From an uncultured Bacteroidia bacterium (lineage in GTDB: Bacteria; Bacteroidota; Bacteroidia; Bacteroidales; CAJPTX01), in NCBI GenBank assembly GCA_963546395.1, contig CAUUMS010000008.1:2481-66480 (forward strand): DNA of 64,000 bases, in the 5' to 3' direction. Shown piece by piece: positions 35,304 to 45,188 of the stretch; position 1 is the first letter of the stretch, and each line of letters starts with the position of its first letter. The position numbers were made by a program, and so were the translations under genes. The notes under the pieces were generated by a model that saw nothing but the letters and a program-made list of their open reading frames with translations, made no database searches and was not told the origin of the DNA.

Positions 35304-36962
35304 CTACCGTTGCGCATGGGCCATAGCCGCTCGCACAAAGGCCGAATACAGCGGATGCGGATTCACCACCGTGCTCTTGTACTCGGGGTGGAATTGCACA
35401 CCCACAAACCAGGGGTGCGATGGCAACTCCACTATCTCCACGAGCCCCGTAGTTGGGTTCACCCCTGCGGCCCGCAGCCCGCAGGCCTCCAGACGCTCCC
35501 GGTACTTATTATTGAACTCATACCGGTGCCGATGCCTTTCGCTGATCTCCCCCTTGCCGTATATCGAGTAGGCCAATGAGCCGGGCTCCAGCGTGCACTG
35601 GTAGGCCCCAAGACGCATCGTCCCCCCCTTCTCCGTCACGCCCTCCTGCGTCGCCATCAGATCGATCACCGGATTTGCCGCCTCGGCATCCCATTCGCTC
35701 GAGGTGGCATCCTTGATACCTGCCACGTCCCGGGCAAACTCCACCACGGCGCACTGCAAGCCCAGGCAGATCCCCAGGAATGGTATCCCCTTCTCACGTG
35801 CCACACGCACAGCCTCCAGCTTACCCAGCACCCCACGCTTACCAAAGCCTCCTGGTACTAGAATAGCATCGAAGTTGGCCAGCATCTCATCCGCGCACGC
35901 CGGGGTCAGCGTCTCAGCCGAGACGGGAACAACCTCCACTGCACACTTATTCTGCGCGCCAGCGTGTATCAGCGACTCGTGCACCGACTTGTAGGCATCG
36001 GGCAACTCCACGTACTTACCCACCAGCGCAATCCGCACACGACTCGACGGGTGATGAAACCGCGACAGGAACTCCTGCCAATGCGGCATCTCGGGCGGTG
36101 GGCCCGCCGGCAAATTGAGCTTCTCGAGCACGGCCCTATCCAGCCGCTCCTCACGCATGCGGAGTGGCACCTCGTAGATGGTGGGTACGTCAATGGACTC
36201 TATCACATCGCTCGGCTGCACATTGCAGAAGAGAGCCACCTTCGAGCGCAACTCCTGACTCAGTGCGTGCTCCGTGCGCAGTATCAAGATGTCGGGCTGT
36301 ATCCCGTTCTCCAGTAGCTCCTTCACGGAATGCTGGGTTGGCTTAGTCTTCAGCTCCCCCGAAGCCGACAGGTAGGGCACCAGCGTCAGGTGGATAAACA
36401 CCGTGTTCCCCAGCCCCAGATCCCACTTCAGCTGTCGAACAGCCTCGATGTAGGGCAACGACTCGATGTCGCCTACCGTGCCCCCTATCTCCGTGATGAT
36501 GATGTCGTACTGGCCGCTCTCCCCGAGCCGCATGACACGACGCTTGATCTCATCCGTCACGTGAGGGATCACCTGCACCGTCTTCCCCAGGTAGTCGCCA
36601 TGACGCTCCTTCCCGATCACGCTCTGGTACACCTGGCCGCTCGTCACGCTATTGTCGCGCGACGTGGGCTGATTCAGAAAGCGCTCATAGTGCCCCAGAT
36701 CCAAATCCGTCTCTGCGCCATCCTCCGTCACGTAGCATTCACCATGCTCGTACGGGTTCAACGTCCCGGGGTCAATGTTGAGATACGGATCCAGCTTCTG
36801 TATCGTCACGCGAAACCCGCGGCTCTGTAGCAGCTTGCCAAGCGAGGCCGAGATGATCCCCTTGCCCAGCGATGAGGCCACTCCGCCAGCCACAAAAACG
36901 TATTTCGTCTCCCGGCCCCCCTGTCCCGGGGTGGGAAACGCACTCCCTAGGCAATCGTTCAT
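35304..36962 (-). CDS. pyrG: CTP synthase
   Basis: KYVFVAGGVASSLGKGI, the GATase catalytic GICLGLQ, and HRHRYEFN. Confidence 0.95.
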   Translation of the reverse strand: MNDCLGSAFPTPGQGGRETKYVFVAGGVASSLGKGIISASLGKLLQSRGFRVTIQKLDPYLNIDPGTLNPYEHGECYVTEDGAETDLDLGHYERFLNQPTSRDNSVTSGQVYQSVIGKERHGDYLGKTVQVIPHVTDEIKRRVMRLGESGQYDIIITEIGGTVGDIESLPYIEAVRQLKWDLGLGNTVFIHLTLVPYLSASGELKTKPTQHSVKELLENGIQPDILILRTEHALSQELRSKVALFCNVQPSDVIESIDVPTIYEVPLRMREERLDRAVLEKLNLPAGPPPEMPHWQEFLSRFHHPSSRVRIALVGKYVELPDAYKSVHESLIHAGAQNKCAVEVVPVSAETLTPACADEMLANFDAILVPGGFGKRGVLGKLEAVRVAREKGIPFLGICLGLQCAVVEFARDVAGIKDATSSEWDAEAANPVIDLMATQEGVTEKGGTMRLGAYQCTLEPGSLAYSIYGKGEISERHRHRYEFNNKYRERLEACGLRAAGVNPTTGLVEIVELPSHPWFVGVQFHPEYKSTVVNPHPLYSAFVRAAMAHAQR

Positions 36963-37084
36963 CAGAATTACGGCTCCGTCCTATTTACCTCGTGTCCCGA
37001 AAATAAATCACCTTTTTCCGCTACCACACCTCCCCCTCACTCTCCTCTCGTTAGGGGGCCCAACGTCCCCCTTCCGCTGGGCGA

Positions 37085-39163
37085 TTATTCACCCTGCTTG
37101 GAAGCCTCGCGCACCTTCCGATCGATGAGCTTAATTCGCTCCAGCACGGTGGCTACCTCCTCTTGCAATGCCTTCAGCTTCGTTTGCAGCTGCGACACGA
37201 TGGGGTCATTAGCACTCGAGGCGGTGAAGAACCCCATGTTGGTCTCCATCTGGTTCTGCTCATTCTCCAACGCCTTAGCACGCTGCCGCAGCCTTGTGCG
37301 CTCACGTTGTAGCAAGGCCAGATCCGTACCATCACCCGCCATCTCATCCAGCGACTGCTTGAACGCCTCCATGTGCTGTTCCTTAGCCTCCAGACGCAAC
37401 GCATCGTACAGCTTATCGAGCAGCTCACGGTAACGCATCTGGAGCTCATCCTTGTGCTTGAGCGGCACAAAACCAATGGCACTCCAGCGGGCTTGGATGC
37501 CCTTCAGCCACTCGATAGCAGCCTTGGGATCCTCCCCAACCTGGTAGTTCGCCAGCTCCTCTAGTATCTCCCGCTTCAGGCGCAAATTCTCGTTCTGCTC
37601 ATTTCGCTGCTGCGAGTTCGCCGAGTTGCGACGCTCGAAGAAGTGGTTCTGCGCTGCCTGAAAACGCTGCCACAGCTCATTTCCCCGCTTGTAGGGCGTG
37701 TAGCCGATAGACTTCCACTTGGCCTGGAGCTCTATCATCTCCCGCACGCTATTCTTCCAGTCCTCGCTATCCTTCAGCGCCTCTGCCTGCAAGCACAGAT
37801 CCAGCTTCTGCTGAAGATTGTCCCGTCCGATCTCACGTAGCTGCTTATCGAACTCACGACGAGCCGTAAAGAACTGCTCGCATGCACCCTGAAAACGATT
37901 CCACACCTTATCGCTCTGCTTGCGCGGAGCGGGGCCCACAGCACGCCAACGCTGCTGTATCTCCACCACCAGCTTCACGTCACGCAGCCAATCGGCCGTC
38001 GTCTTACGCTCTATCTGGAGTATGGCCTCCACCTCAGCGCACAACGCCTCCTTACTGGCGAGATTCGCCTCATACTGCGACTTCATTGCCGCCATATACT
38101 CCTTGTGGCGACTGTTGATGCGCGCACTGGCAGCCGAGAAACGAGCCCAGATCTCATCGCTCTTATCCGGCGACACCGGCCCTACCTCTTTCCACTTGGC
38201 ATGCAACGACTGCAATGTCTTGAACGCAGCCGATATGTCCTCGGCAGCAATCATATCCTCAGCCTGCTCGCACAGCTGCGTCTTCTCGTCTAGGTTCTTC
38301 TTGTAATCCAGATCCCGCAGCTCGCGGTTGATCTTGATGTACGCGTAGAACGACTCCACCTGGTGGTAGAACGACTGGAAGATCCCCTCAGCCTCAGCCG
38401 CTGGCACAGGGCCCACCTCGCGCCAACGTTGCACCAGCTGCTTGAACTCCTTGAACGTCTCATCCTTCACCTCGGCACGCTGCGTCAGCTCGCCGATACT
38501 GCGCACTATCTCACGCCGGATCTCCAGGTTGGCGGCGCGCACCTTCTCCTGCTCATGCGCATAATCGCTCACCTTCTTCTTGAAAATCCCATAGAGCTCC
38601 TTGAAGACCGCCTCTTCGGCAATCTCAAACCCCTCCTCCAAGGCATCCTCAGCCTGCTCGGCACGCTTCTTCGCCGCCTCCTGCGCGCTGCGCAGATTAC
38701 GGTAAAAAGCCGCATGTATTGCCCGACCCGCATTGCGCACCTCTAGGGTGATAGGCTTCGACACCACGCCACGGAGACGCTCCACAAGCTCGGCAAACGA
38801 AAGCGTATGCAGCTCTTCATGAGTGCCCTCTGCGCCCGAAGCTTCCGTCGCCCCCTGCGCTGGACTAACCTCCGCAGCCGGCTTTACAGCCTCATCCTTC
38901 GGGGCCTCCGCCTCTTTCACTGTCTCTTCAGCGGGTACATCGTTAGCCACAACCTCAACCGTAGCCGCATCTGGCTCCGGCGTTCCGGCCATGCTCTCCC
39001 CCGCAGAAACGGCTGGGCTCGGAGCGAGTGCCTCCCCTTGCCCCGCGTCGGCTCCCTGATTGGAGTGCAACGACTCATCCTGCGACTGCAACTGGTCTTT
39101 CTGCATCTCGTCCATGACCCTGCCTCTATTACAGATGAAATTATCCCCAAATACCTCGTTCAC
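37085..39163 (-). CDS. DUF349 domain-containing protein
   Basis: Five or more repeats of the DUF349 pattern [RK]W[RK].[VI]G..P......[ILV]W.RF (RWREVGPVP, KWKEVGPVS, RWRAVGPAP, KWKSIGYTP, RWSAIGFVP) and an acidic/Ala-rich N-terminus. Confidence 0.8.
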   Translation of the reverse strand: MNEVFGDNFICNRGRVMDEMQKDQLQSQDESLHSNQGADAGQGEALAPSPAVSAGESMAGTPEPDAATVEVVANDVPAEETVKEAEAPKDEAVKPAAEVSPAQGATEASGAEGTHEELHTLSFAELVERLRGVVSKPITLEVRNAGRAIHAAFYRNLRSAQEAAKKRAEQAEDALEEGFEIAEEAVFKELYGIFKKKVSDYAHEQEKVRAANLEIRREIVRSIGELTQRAEVKDETFKEFKQLVQRWREVGPVPAAEAEGIFQSFYHQVESFYAYIKINRELRDLDYKKNLDEKTQLCEQAEDMIAAEDISAAFKTLQSLHAKWKEVGPVSPDKSDEIWARFSAASARINSRHKEYMAAMKSQYEANLASKEALCAEVEAILQIERKTTADWLRDVKLVVEIQQRWRAVGPAPRKQSDKVWNRFQGACEQFFTARREFDKQLREIGRDNLQQKLDLCLQAEALKDSEDWKNSVREMIELQAKWKSIGYTPYKRGNELWQRFQAAQNHFFERRNSANSQQRNEQNENLRLKREILEELANYQVGEDPKAAIEWLKGIQARWSAIGFVPLKHKDELQMRYRELLDKLYDALRLEAKEQHMEAFKQSLDEMAGDGTDLALLQRERTRLRQRAKALENEQNQMETNMGFFTASSANDPIVSQLQTKLKALQEEVATVLERIKLIDRKVREASKQGE

Positions 39164-39486
39164 TTACAGTCCCCCTCACCGTTGCACGAAGGGAAGAACA
39201 CCGCCTCGCACATCCGGCAACGCAACCAGGGCAGCCTACTCACAACCCTCGTCATCCTTCACAACCAACGCTTGCGCCCTGCTGCGTGAAGCCCCTCCAC
39301 TGTGCGACATCCGCACATGACAGGTCGCCAGCCTCGTGGTGTAGGTGTACCGGTAATTCCTTACGTAGCGCATAGCTCCTACCCAAAGAAAACCCTCAAT
39401 CTCCCTACCCCTACCTCCCGCGAAGGTAGCACAATCCACACACAACCTCCGGTACCATGCGCCAGGACTGGCGATTAGGCTCACTC

Positions 39487-40551
39487 CTAGAATTTCAGCT
39501 TATCGGGCTCCTCACGCATCCGCTCGCGGATCTTAGCCTCTATGGCATCCGCCAGCTCCTTGTTGTCCATCAGGATACGGCGCACATTATCGCGCCCCTG
39601 AGCCAAACGTGTACCCTCGTAGCTGAACCACGACCCGCTCTTCTCAATGAGACCAAAGGCCACGCCAAGATCGATGATCTCACCGCTGCGCGACAGCCCC
39701 TCGCCATACACCAGGTCGCACTCCACCTTCTTAAACGGTGGGGCGAGCTTATTCTTGACAATGCGAATGCGAACCCTGTTCCCGTATTGCTCCTCATTGG
39801 AGTCCTTCAGCGATCCTATCCTACGGATATCGATACGCAGTGTGGAGTAAAATTTGAGCGCATTCCCCCCGGTCGTGGTCTCATTCGGCCCATAACCCAT
39901 GCCGCCGATCTTCTCCCGCAACTGGTTGATGAAGATGCACGTCGTCGAGGTCTTGCTAATGGTACCCGTGAGCTTACGCAGTGCCTGTGACATGAGCCGG
40001 GCCTGCAAGCCCACCTTTGCGTCCCCCATGTCACCCTCGAGCTCTGCCCTGGGAGTCAATGCGGCCACAGAGTCTATCACCACCAAGTCCATAGCCCCCG
40101 AGCGTATCAGCTGCTCGGCGATCTCCAACGCCTGCTCCCCATTGTCGGGCTGCGAAATCAGCAGCATGTCTACGTTCACCCCCAGCTGTGCCGCATACGC
40201 AGGGTCGAACGCATGCTCAGCGTCGATGATCGCTGCCACGCCCCCCGTCCGCTGCACCTGCGCAATGGCGTGTGTGGCCAGCGTCGTCTTACCCGAGGAC
40301 TCCGGGCCAAAAATCTCTACAATACGCCCCTTCGGGTAACCGCCAATCCCCAGTGCCGCATCGAAAAGTATAGACCCAGTGGGGATGCAAGGCACGTCAC
40401 CCTGCACCCGATCCCCGAGTGCCATAACGGTGCCTCGCCCGTGATCCTTCTCTATCTTCTCTATCGCCAGCGTGAGCGCACGCAGCTTATCCGGATCGAC
40501 ATTCGCCAACTTATCCGCCAGCTGCGACGTCCCCTTATCCTTCATCACCAT
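39487..40551 (-). CDS. recA: recombinase RecA
   Basis: Walker [10 protein letters not shown], ...IDAEHAFDP..., ...VVIDSVAAL... and ...[10 protein letters not shown].... Start uncertain (40581, 40551 or 40545). Confidence 0.95.
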   Translation of the reverse strand: MVMKDKGTSQLADKLANVDPDKLRALTLAIEKIEKDHGRGTVMALGDRVQGDVPCIPTGSILFDAALGIGGYPKGRIVEIFGPESSGKTTLATHAIAQVQRTGGVAAIIDAEHAFDPAYAAQLGVNVDMLLISQPDNGEQALEIAEQLIRSGAMDLVVIDSVAALTPRAELEGDMGDAKVGLQARLMSQALRKLTGTISKTSTTCIFINQLREKIGGMGYGPNETTTGGNALKFYSTLRIDIRRIGSLKDSNEEQYGNRVRIRIVKNKLAPPFKKVECDLVYGEGLSRSGEIIDLGVAFGLIEKSGSWFSYEGTRLAQGRDNVRRILMDNKELADAIEAKIRERMREEPDKLKF

Positions 40552-40562
40552 AGTTGCTCCTC

Positions 40563-41108
40563 CTATTGCTCGCCTGCCCACTCCTCAGCTTCCACCACGG
40601 CATCGGCCTGTACCACAGACTCGGCCTCGCCTCCGTCGTCAGACATCCCATACGTCCGGAAGAAAGCCAGCAGGCTATCCCGGTCGTACCCATCTCCATC
40701 CTCGAAGATGCCTGTCCCATGGATACGCCACGTCCCATCCTCCACGTTCAACACCACGAGCACTGGCACTCCATGATCCTGAGGGCTCCCAAAGCGTCTC
40801 AGGAAATCGGTGTTCTTCTTATCTTTCCCGTAGTAGATATGCACCCGCTCAAACTTATCATTCAGCGCAGCTTGCAGCTCTGCATCCTCCTCTATGAGCC
40901 GCTCCAGCCGCATGCACCATGGGCACCAGTCCCCGCCTATCTGCATCAGGACAAACTTCTTCGTCCCCTCATCACGCACCTTCTGCACGGCAGCACTCAG
41001 CTGCTCATTGGGATCGGCCTTCGCATCGTAGACCGTCTTCCTGCCACACCCCGCAAGCAGGATGCACATTGCTAAAATCACCGGCAAAAACAACGCTTTC
41101 GACCTCAT
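40563..41108 (-). CDS. thioredoxin-fold lipoprotein (thiol:disulfide oxidoreductase-like)
   Basis: Lipoprotein signal [21 protein letters not shown] and the active site [12 protein letters not shown] (CxxC). It lies immediately upstream of recA. Confidence 0.75.
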   Translation of the reverse strand: MRSKALFLPVILAMCILLAGCGRKTVYDAKADPNEQLSAAVQKVRDEGTKKFVLMQIGGDWCPWCMRLERLIEEDAELQAALNDKFERVHIYYGKDKKNTDFLRRFGSPQDHGVPVLVVLNVEDGTWRIHGTGIFEDGDGYDRDSLLAFFRTYGMSDDGGEAESVVQADAVVEAEEWAGEQ

Positions 41109-41157
41109 GGTATCATCCGCTTAATGCGCTGCGTGGCCCACTGCCACGCAACCAGTG

Positions 41158-41165
41158 CAAAAGTA
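41158..41165 (-). promoter_or_regulatory. -7 promoter box TACTTTTG for the thioredoxin-like/recA pair
   Basis: Exact TAnnTTTG on the minus strand, about 50 nt upstream of ATG 41108. Confidence 0.55.
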
Positions 41166-41544
41166 GCAAAAAAGCCCATAGCGTGGATCCCCAAACCTCC
41201 CCACCCCATACAGGCCACTTCACCCCCACCTAACAGTCGTAATGTGGCACCCCGTCGGCCGGTTCAGCCCACGCATCCCACCCGTGAATGTCACTCTTTG
41301 GAAGTGCGAAAAATAGAGCCTCACGCCTTATCTTGTCACGCTCCAAAACACGCCCCTCTATCATGGGCAATGGGCTGATTATAAATGGTTAACCGCATCC
41401 TTCACCCCTCACTCAAATGGCTCACGCCACGGGTAATCCCACCAAATGGCCAAGCGACGGATGGACATTGTTTGGCCTCATGCGAATTTCGTCGTATACT
41501 TGCGCCGGGTATGACGGTACTCTACCACAGATCTATTAGGAACA

Positions 41545-41880
41545 ATGCCTGCTGAAAAGAAACGAATCATCACCAGCTATGCACGCCTCTCCGAGGATCT
41601 CGAGAGGCTATTTCGCCAAACGTATCCCAAAGGGTATGACCACGAGGTGATGCCCATCACCAAGCCCAATGGTGAGACGATCTATGTGGTACGCCTCGAG
41701 ACCGAAGACACGAGTTACCTCGTGAAGGTCGAGGTGAAAATCGGAACGGCGGGAGACGACGATGAGGATAACGAGGGCGGATACGACACCGATGCCGACA
41801 CCGACGAGATGCCCGACGACCAGTTCAGCGACGACGAGGACAGCGATAAGCAGGGCGGGTACGACTCCTTCGACAACTAG
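41545..41880 (+). CDS. small conserved-looking protein with poly-acidic tail (hypothetical)
   Basis: 111 aa. The N-terminal 65 aa look globular (KRIITSYARLSEDLERLFRQTYPKGYDHEVMPITKPNGETIYVVRLETEDTSYLVKVEVKI), followed by a D/E-rich tail of about 45 aa. A TATACTTG near-consensus -7 box lies about 45 nt upstream. Confidence 0.55.
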   Translation: MPAEKKRIITSYARLSEDLERLFRQTYPKGYDHEVMPITKPNGETIYVVRLETEDTSYLVKVEVKIGTAGDDDEDNEGGYDTDADTDEMPDDQFSDDEDSDKQGGYDSFDN

Positions 41881-41977
41881 CTCTCCCGCTTGGCTCCAAT
41901 GCTGCGTGGCTCTCTTTGCGCTGCGAAGGCCCCGAGTAGCTCCCCACATCGGTTTGCTTAGCCTCTAGCTGGCTCCG

Positions 41978-43060
41978 TTACTCCAGCACCAGCGACACAT
42001 CGCCCTGCGGCTCGGTGTGTCCCACGACCGTTGCATGCTCGCAGCCTACGGCTCGTAGCCGTTGCACCAGGCTATCGGACAGCCCGGGCTCTACGGCCAT
42101 CAGTAGCCCCCCCGAAGTCTGAGGATCAGTGGCTAGCGTGATGAGCCATGGTGGTACGTCAGCAGCCACGCGCCACTGGGTACCCATGTACTCCGCATTG
42201 CGGAACGACGCTCCCGGAATACAACCCATCTCCACGAGTTCTCTCACTCCTCCCAGCACGGGGAGGGCCTTGCTGTGCAATCTCACGGTAACCCCGCTGG
42301 CTCTGGCCATACGGAAGGCGTGCCCCGCCAGCGAAAATCCCGTCACATCGGTTCCCGCGGTGCACCCGAACTCCTGCATTAGCTGCGAGGCCCGATCATT
42401 GAGTTGCAGCATCGATGCGTGCGCATCCCTCATAGTGGCTTCGGGCACCAGCCCAATGCGCTCTGCCGCGAGTGCCACACCCACCCCGAGAGGCTTAGTC
42501 AGCACCAAATCCTTTCCTGGCTGTAACTGATCATTCCGCACCACACGTTTGGGCTCTATTCGCCCCAGTACAGCCATGCCATACACCGGAGTAGGCCCCG
42601 TGATGGAATGTCCACCAATCACAGGTATACCGGCCCTGCGAGCCGATGAAACGCCCCCCTCCAGAATCCGGCGTAAGGCTGCCAACGGGATCCCCTGGGC
42701 GGGGAATATCGTGATGTTCAGCGCAGCCAACGGCACGCCGCCCATGGCATACACATCGCTCAGCGCATTCACGGCGGCTATCTCACCAAACCGATACGGA
42801 TTGCGACAGAAGGGGGGGAAAAAATCGGTGGTCAATATCAGCCCCTGTGCCTCATCGAGCAAGTAGACTCCCGCATCATCCCCATGCTCAAGCCCCACGG
42901 CCACCCGTTCCCCAGGCCCCCAGTCCATGCCAGCTAGCAGCTGCTCTAGGGCCTGCGCTGGCAGCTTGGCCATGCACCCACCGTCCCCCTCGAGGGGCAA
43001 CAGCAACTCCTCGCTCACCGTGGCACCTACACCTGCTCCGCCTGTCATCTCTGCGTTCAT
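41978..43060 (-). CDS. selD: selenide, water dikinase (selenophosphate synthetase), Cys-type
   Basis: N-terminal GDGGCMAKLP (Cys/Lys catalytic loop). GDDAGVYLLDE...ILTTDFFPPFCRNPYRFGEIAAVNALSDVYAMGG matches the SelD/PurM-like core. No in-frame TGA. Confidence 0.85.
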   Translation of the reverse strand: MNAEMTGGAGVGATVSEELLLPLEGDGGCMAKLPAQALEQLLAGMDWGPGERVAVGLEHGDDAGVYLLDEAQGLILTTDFFPPFCRNPYRFGEIAAVNALSDVYAMGGVPLAALNITIFPAQGIPLAALRRILEGGVSSARRAGIPVIGGHSITGPTPVYGMAVLGRIEPKRVVRNDQLQPGKDLVLTKPLGVGVALAAERIGLVPEATMRDAHASMLQLNDRASQLMQEFGCTAGTDVTGFSLAGHAFRMARASGVTVRLHSKALPVLGGVRELVEMGCIPGASFRNAEYMGTQWRVAADVPPWLITLATDPQTSGGLLMAVEPGLSDSLVQRLRAVGCEHATVVGHTEPQGDVSLVLE

Positions 43061-43090
43061 CCAAATTCAGTCACAGCACCCCCCAGCGAG

Positions 43091-43375
43091 CTACAGCACC
43101 GGAGCAGGCTTATCGTAGCAGCCGTAGGCCATCCCCATCGCCTCAAGCTTGGCTACCAACCACGTAGCATCATGGGCTGATACCGACAGGCACATGTGAC
43201 ACCCTTGCGCCAGCATCGGCGACACGGGCTCAATCTGTGTTGACACCCCTATCTGCTGGCACTCCCACTCAGCGCTTAGCAGATCGGTAAGCGTGGCAAA
43301 GGTGAACAGCTTTTCGCCCCCTTCGCACACACGCCCCGAATCATCCGCCTCATCAAGACCTACCCGTTTCCCCAT
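43091..43375 (-). CDS. DUF3343-like putative Se/S carrier protein
   Basis: The core of about 75 aa, LFTFATLTDLLSAEWECQQIGVSTQIEPVSPMLAQGCHMCLSV, fits the DUF3343 pattern (F.s...A...E......i...l.P.P......CG.al). It sits between the desulfurase and selD. Confidence 0.6.
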   Translation of the reverse strand: MGKRVGLDEADDSGRVCEGGEKLFTFATLTDLLSAEWECQQIGVSTQIEPVSPMLAQGCHMCLSVSAHDATWLVAKLEAMGMAYGCYDKPAPVL

Positions 43376-43406
43376 CCTATCAGCCGTTCCACTTCTAGCC
43401 TGTCCC

Positions 43407-44543
43407 CTACTGGAGGCACGCCCACAAAGCCTTCAGCAAATACTCCAAATCCGTTGGCCGATGCGCTGGCGAGAGCGAGATGCGCAGGGCCCCGCTCTGC
43501 AATGTGCCGTAGAACTCGTGCGCCATGGTGGCGCAGTGCAATCCGGCCCGGGCTTCGATACCCCAGTCACGACTCAACCGCACCGATAGCTCAGACACCG
43601 CCCCCCGCTCGGGCACCAGGCTGAAAAGCTCTATCTCCTCATGGGATTTCGTGGCTGTCAGCACCCGCAGCCCCTTCAGCTTCTGCACCTCATGGAGAAA
43701 GGCCAGATAGTCATCCCAGCAGTGCTCACTCGGCACAGGCTCCTCCAATGCACCCGCGAGCCCAGCTATACCGACGAGGTTTGGCGTGCCGGCCTCGTAG
43801 CGTGTCGGCACCTCGGCAGGCATCTCCAGCCGCCCAGCATCCATCCCCGTACCCCCACAGATCAGAGGACGCAATGTGGCACGTGTTCCCACGTATAGCA
43901 CACCGAGTCCCGTAGGCCCCCCGAGCCCCTTATGGGCAGAGCAGGCCAACCAGTCGATGCCCCAGGCATCGATGTCGATCGGAATATGCCCGATGCTCTG
44001 ACTAGCGTCCACCAGCAGCGGCACATCGCCCAGGCAGCTACGCAGCACCGATAGCGGTTGCACCACCCCGCTCACGTTCGAGACGTGGTTCACAGCCACC
44101 AGGTCATACCGGGCAGCCCAGGCAGGGGTTATCCTGTCAACGTCAATGGTTCCGTCTGGCAGGGTGGGTAGCACCTCCACCGCAATCCCTCGGCTCTCTG
44201 CCAAGGCGTGGAGAGTGCGAGCTACGGCATTGTGCTCTAGGGGCGACACCGCCACACGTCCCTGGGGGTAATCCAGCCCCTGAAGCACCACGTTGAGCCC
44301 CATGGTGGCTCCTGCCGTGAACACCACTCGGCGAGCGTCAGCCACCCCGATACGCTGGGCCACCTGATGGCGCACCCGCTCCACCATGCGCGAGACGGCC
44401 ATGGCCCGCTCGTAGGCCCCACGACCGTAGGTGCCACCAAGCTGCAAATACTCAGCTATGCGGCGAGCGACGGCCGCCGACTTCGGATGGCTGGTCGCAG
44501 CCGAATCGGCATAGAGAAAATACCCCTCGCGCACCGATTCCAT
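43407..44543 (-). CDS. class V aminotransferase: cysteine desulfurase / selenocysteine lyase-like
   Basis: PLP-lysine motif ACSAHKGLGGPTGLGVLYV and 378 aa of NifS/CsdB-like layout. Confidence 0.8.
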   Translation of the reverse strand: MESVREGYFLYADSAATSHPKSAAVARRIAEYLQLGGTYGRGAYERAMAVSRMVERVRHQVAQRIGVADARRVVFTAGATMGLNVVLQGLDYPQGRVAVSPLEHNAVARTLHALAESRGIAVEVLPTLPDGTIDVDRITPAWAARYDLVAVNHVSNVSGVVQPLSVLRSCLGDVPLLVDASQSIGHIPIDIDAWGIDWLACSAHKGLGGPTGLGVLYVGTRATLRPLICGGTGMDAGRLEMPAEVPTRYEAGTPNLVGIAGLAGALEEPVPSEHCWDDYLAFLHEVQKLKGLRVLTATKSHEEIELFSLVPERGAVSELSVRLSRDWGIEARAGLHCATMAHEFYGTLQSGALRISLSPAHRPTDLEYLLKALWACLQ

Positions 44544-44552
44544 ACCTCAACG

Positions 44553-45188
44553 CTAAAGGCGAACCACCCTGGACGCACGAGCCAGGGTGAGCGAAATCTC
44601 ATACATATTCGTCACGCGCCCCACGGCCACATGCTCTGCCATGCCGAAGAACTCCACGCACGTGCCACACACCAGAATCTCAACCCCCTTCTCCACCAAC
44701 CCCTGGAGCGTGGGCACAGCCCCCGTGCGACCATCTGTCAACCGCACCCCCCCGTTCATCAGGAGTATAGCCCGCGGCAGCTGCTCCCACTCGGGCAGAG
44801 TGCTCAGGAAACCCTTCATCAGCACCTGCCCCAACGTGTCGTCCCCCTGCCCCAGCACATCGGTAGCGCACAGTATCACGCTGTCAGCCCCAAGCCCTGC
44901 GCTAGGTGCTGGCTGCGTCGTGTCGCATGCGTAGCCCTCGGCAACCTCTGTCGGCACCGTGCCAGCTCCCGGATTATCAAACGTGGCCACGAAGGTATCT
45001 CCCTCGGGATCGAAACGCACCCTCACCCCGAAGTAGGTGGCCATGAAATGGGTGACATTTGCCACCGTCTGCGCCGTGGAGACCCGCATCACAATCTGCG
45101 CTCCCTGCGGAAGCTCCCCAATCAGCTTGCGCAGCTGCACTATGGGGAGCGGGCACAAGAGCCCGCGGCAATCCAATTCGTTCACCAT
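44553..45188 (-). CDS. yedF: selenium metabolism protein YedF (TusA/SirA-like plus DsrE-like domains)
   Basis: N-terminal LDCRGLLCPLPIVQL (TusA CPxP motif). The C-terminal half ...VILCATDVLGQGDDTLGQVLMKGF...LLMNGGVRL...ILVCGTCVEFF...VGRVTNMYEI matches the YedF family. Confidence 0.75.
   Translation of the reverse strand: MVNELDCRGLLCPLPIVQLRKLIGELPQGAQIVMRVSTAQTVANVTHFMATYFGVRVRFDPEGDTFVATFDNPGAGTVPTEVAEGYACDTTQPAPSAGLGADSVILCATDVLGQGDDTLGQVLMKGFLSTLPEWEQLPRAILLMNGGVRLTDGRTGAVPTLQGLVEKGVEILVCGTCVEFFGMAEHVAVGRVTNMYEISLTLARASRVVRL

Noticed and set aside
42813-42825. G7A6 run inside selD, and C7/G7 runs at 9621, 20395 and 60311
   Set aside because: The tracts are 7 or fewer units, shorter than those usually associated with phase variation. 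They encode ordinary FFPP/PP/GG peptides. Only the C11 tract in tamB was kept as a finding.
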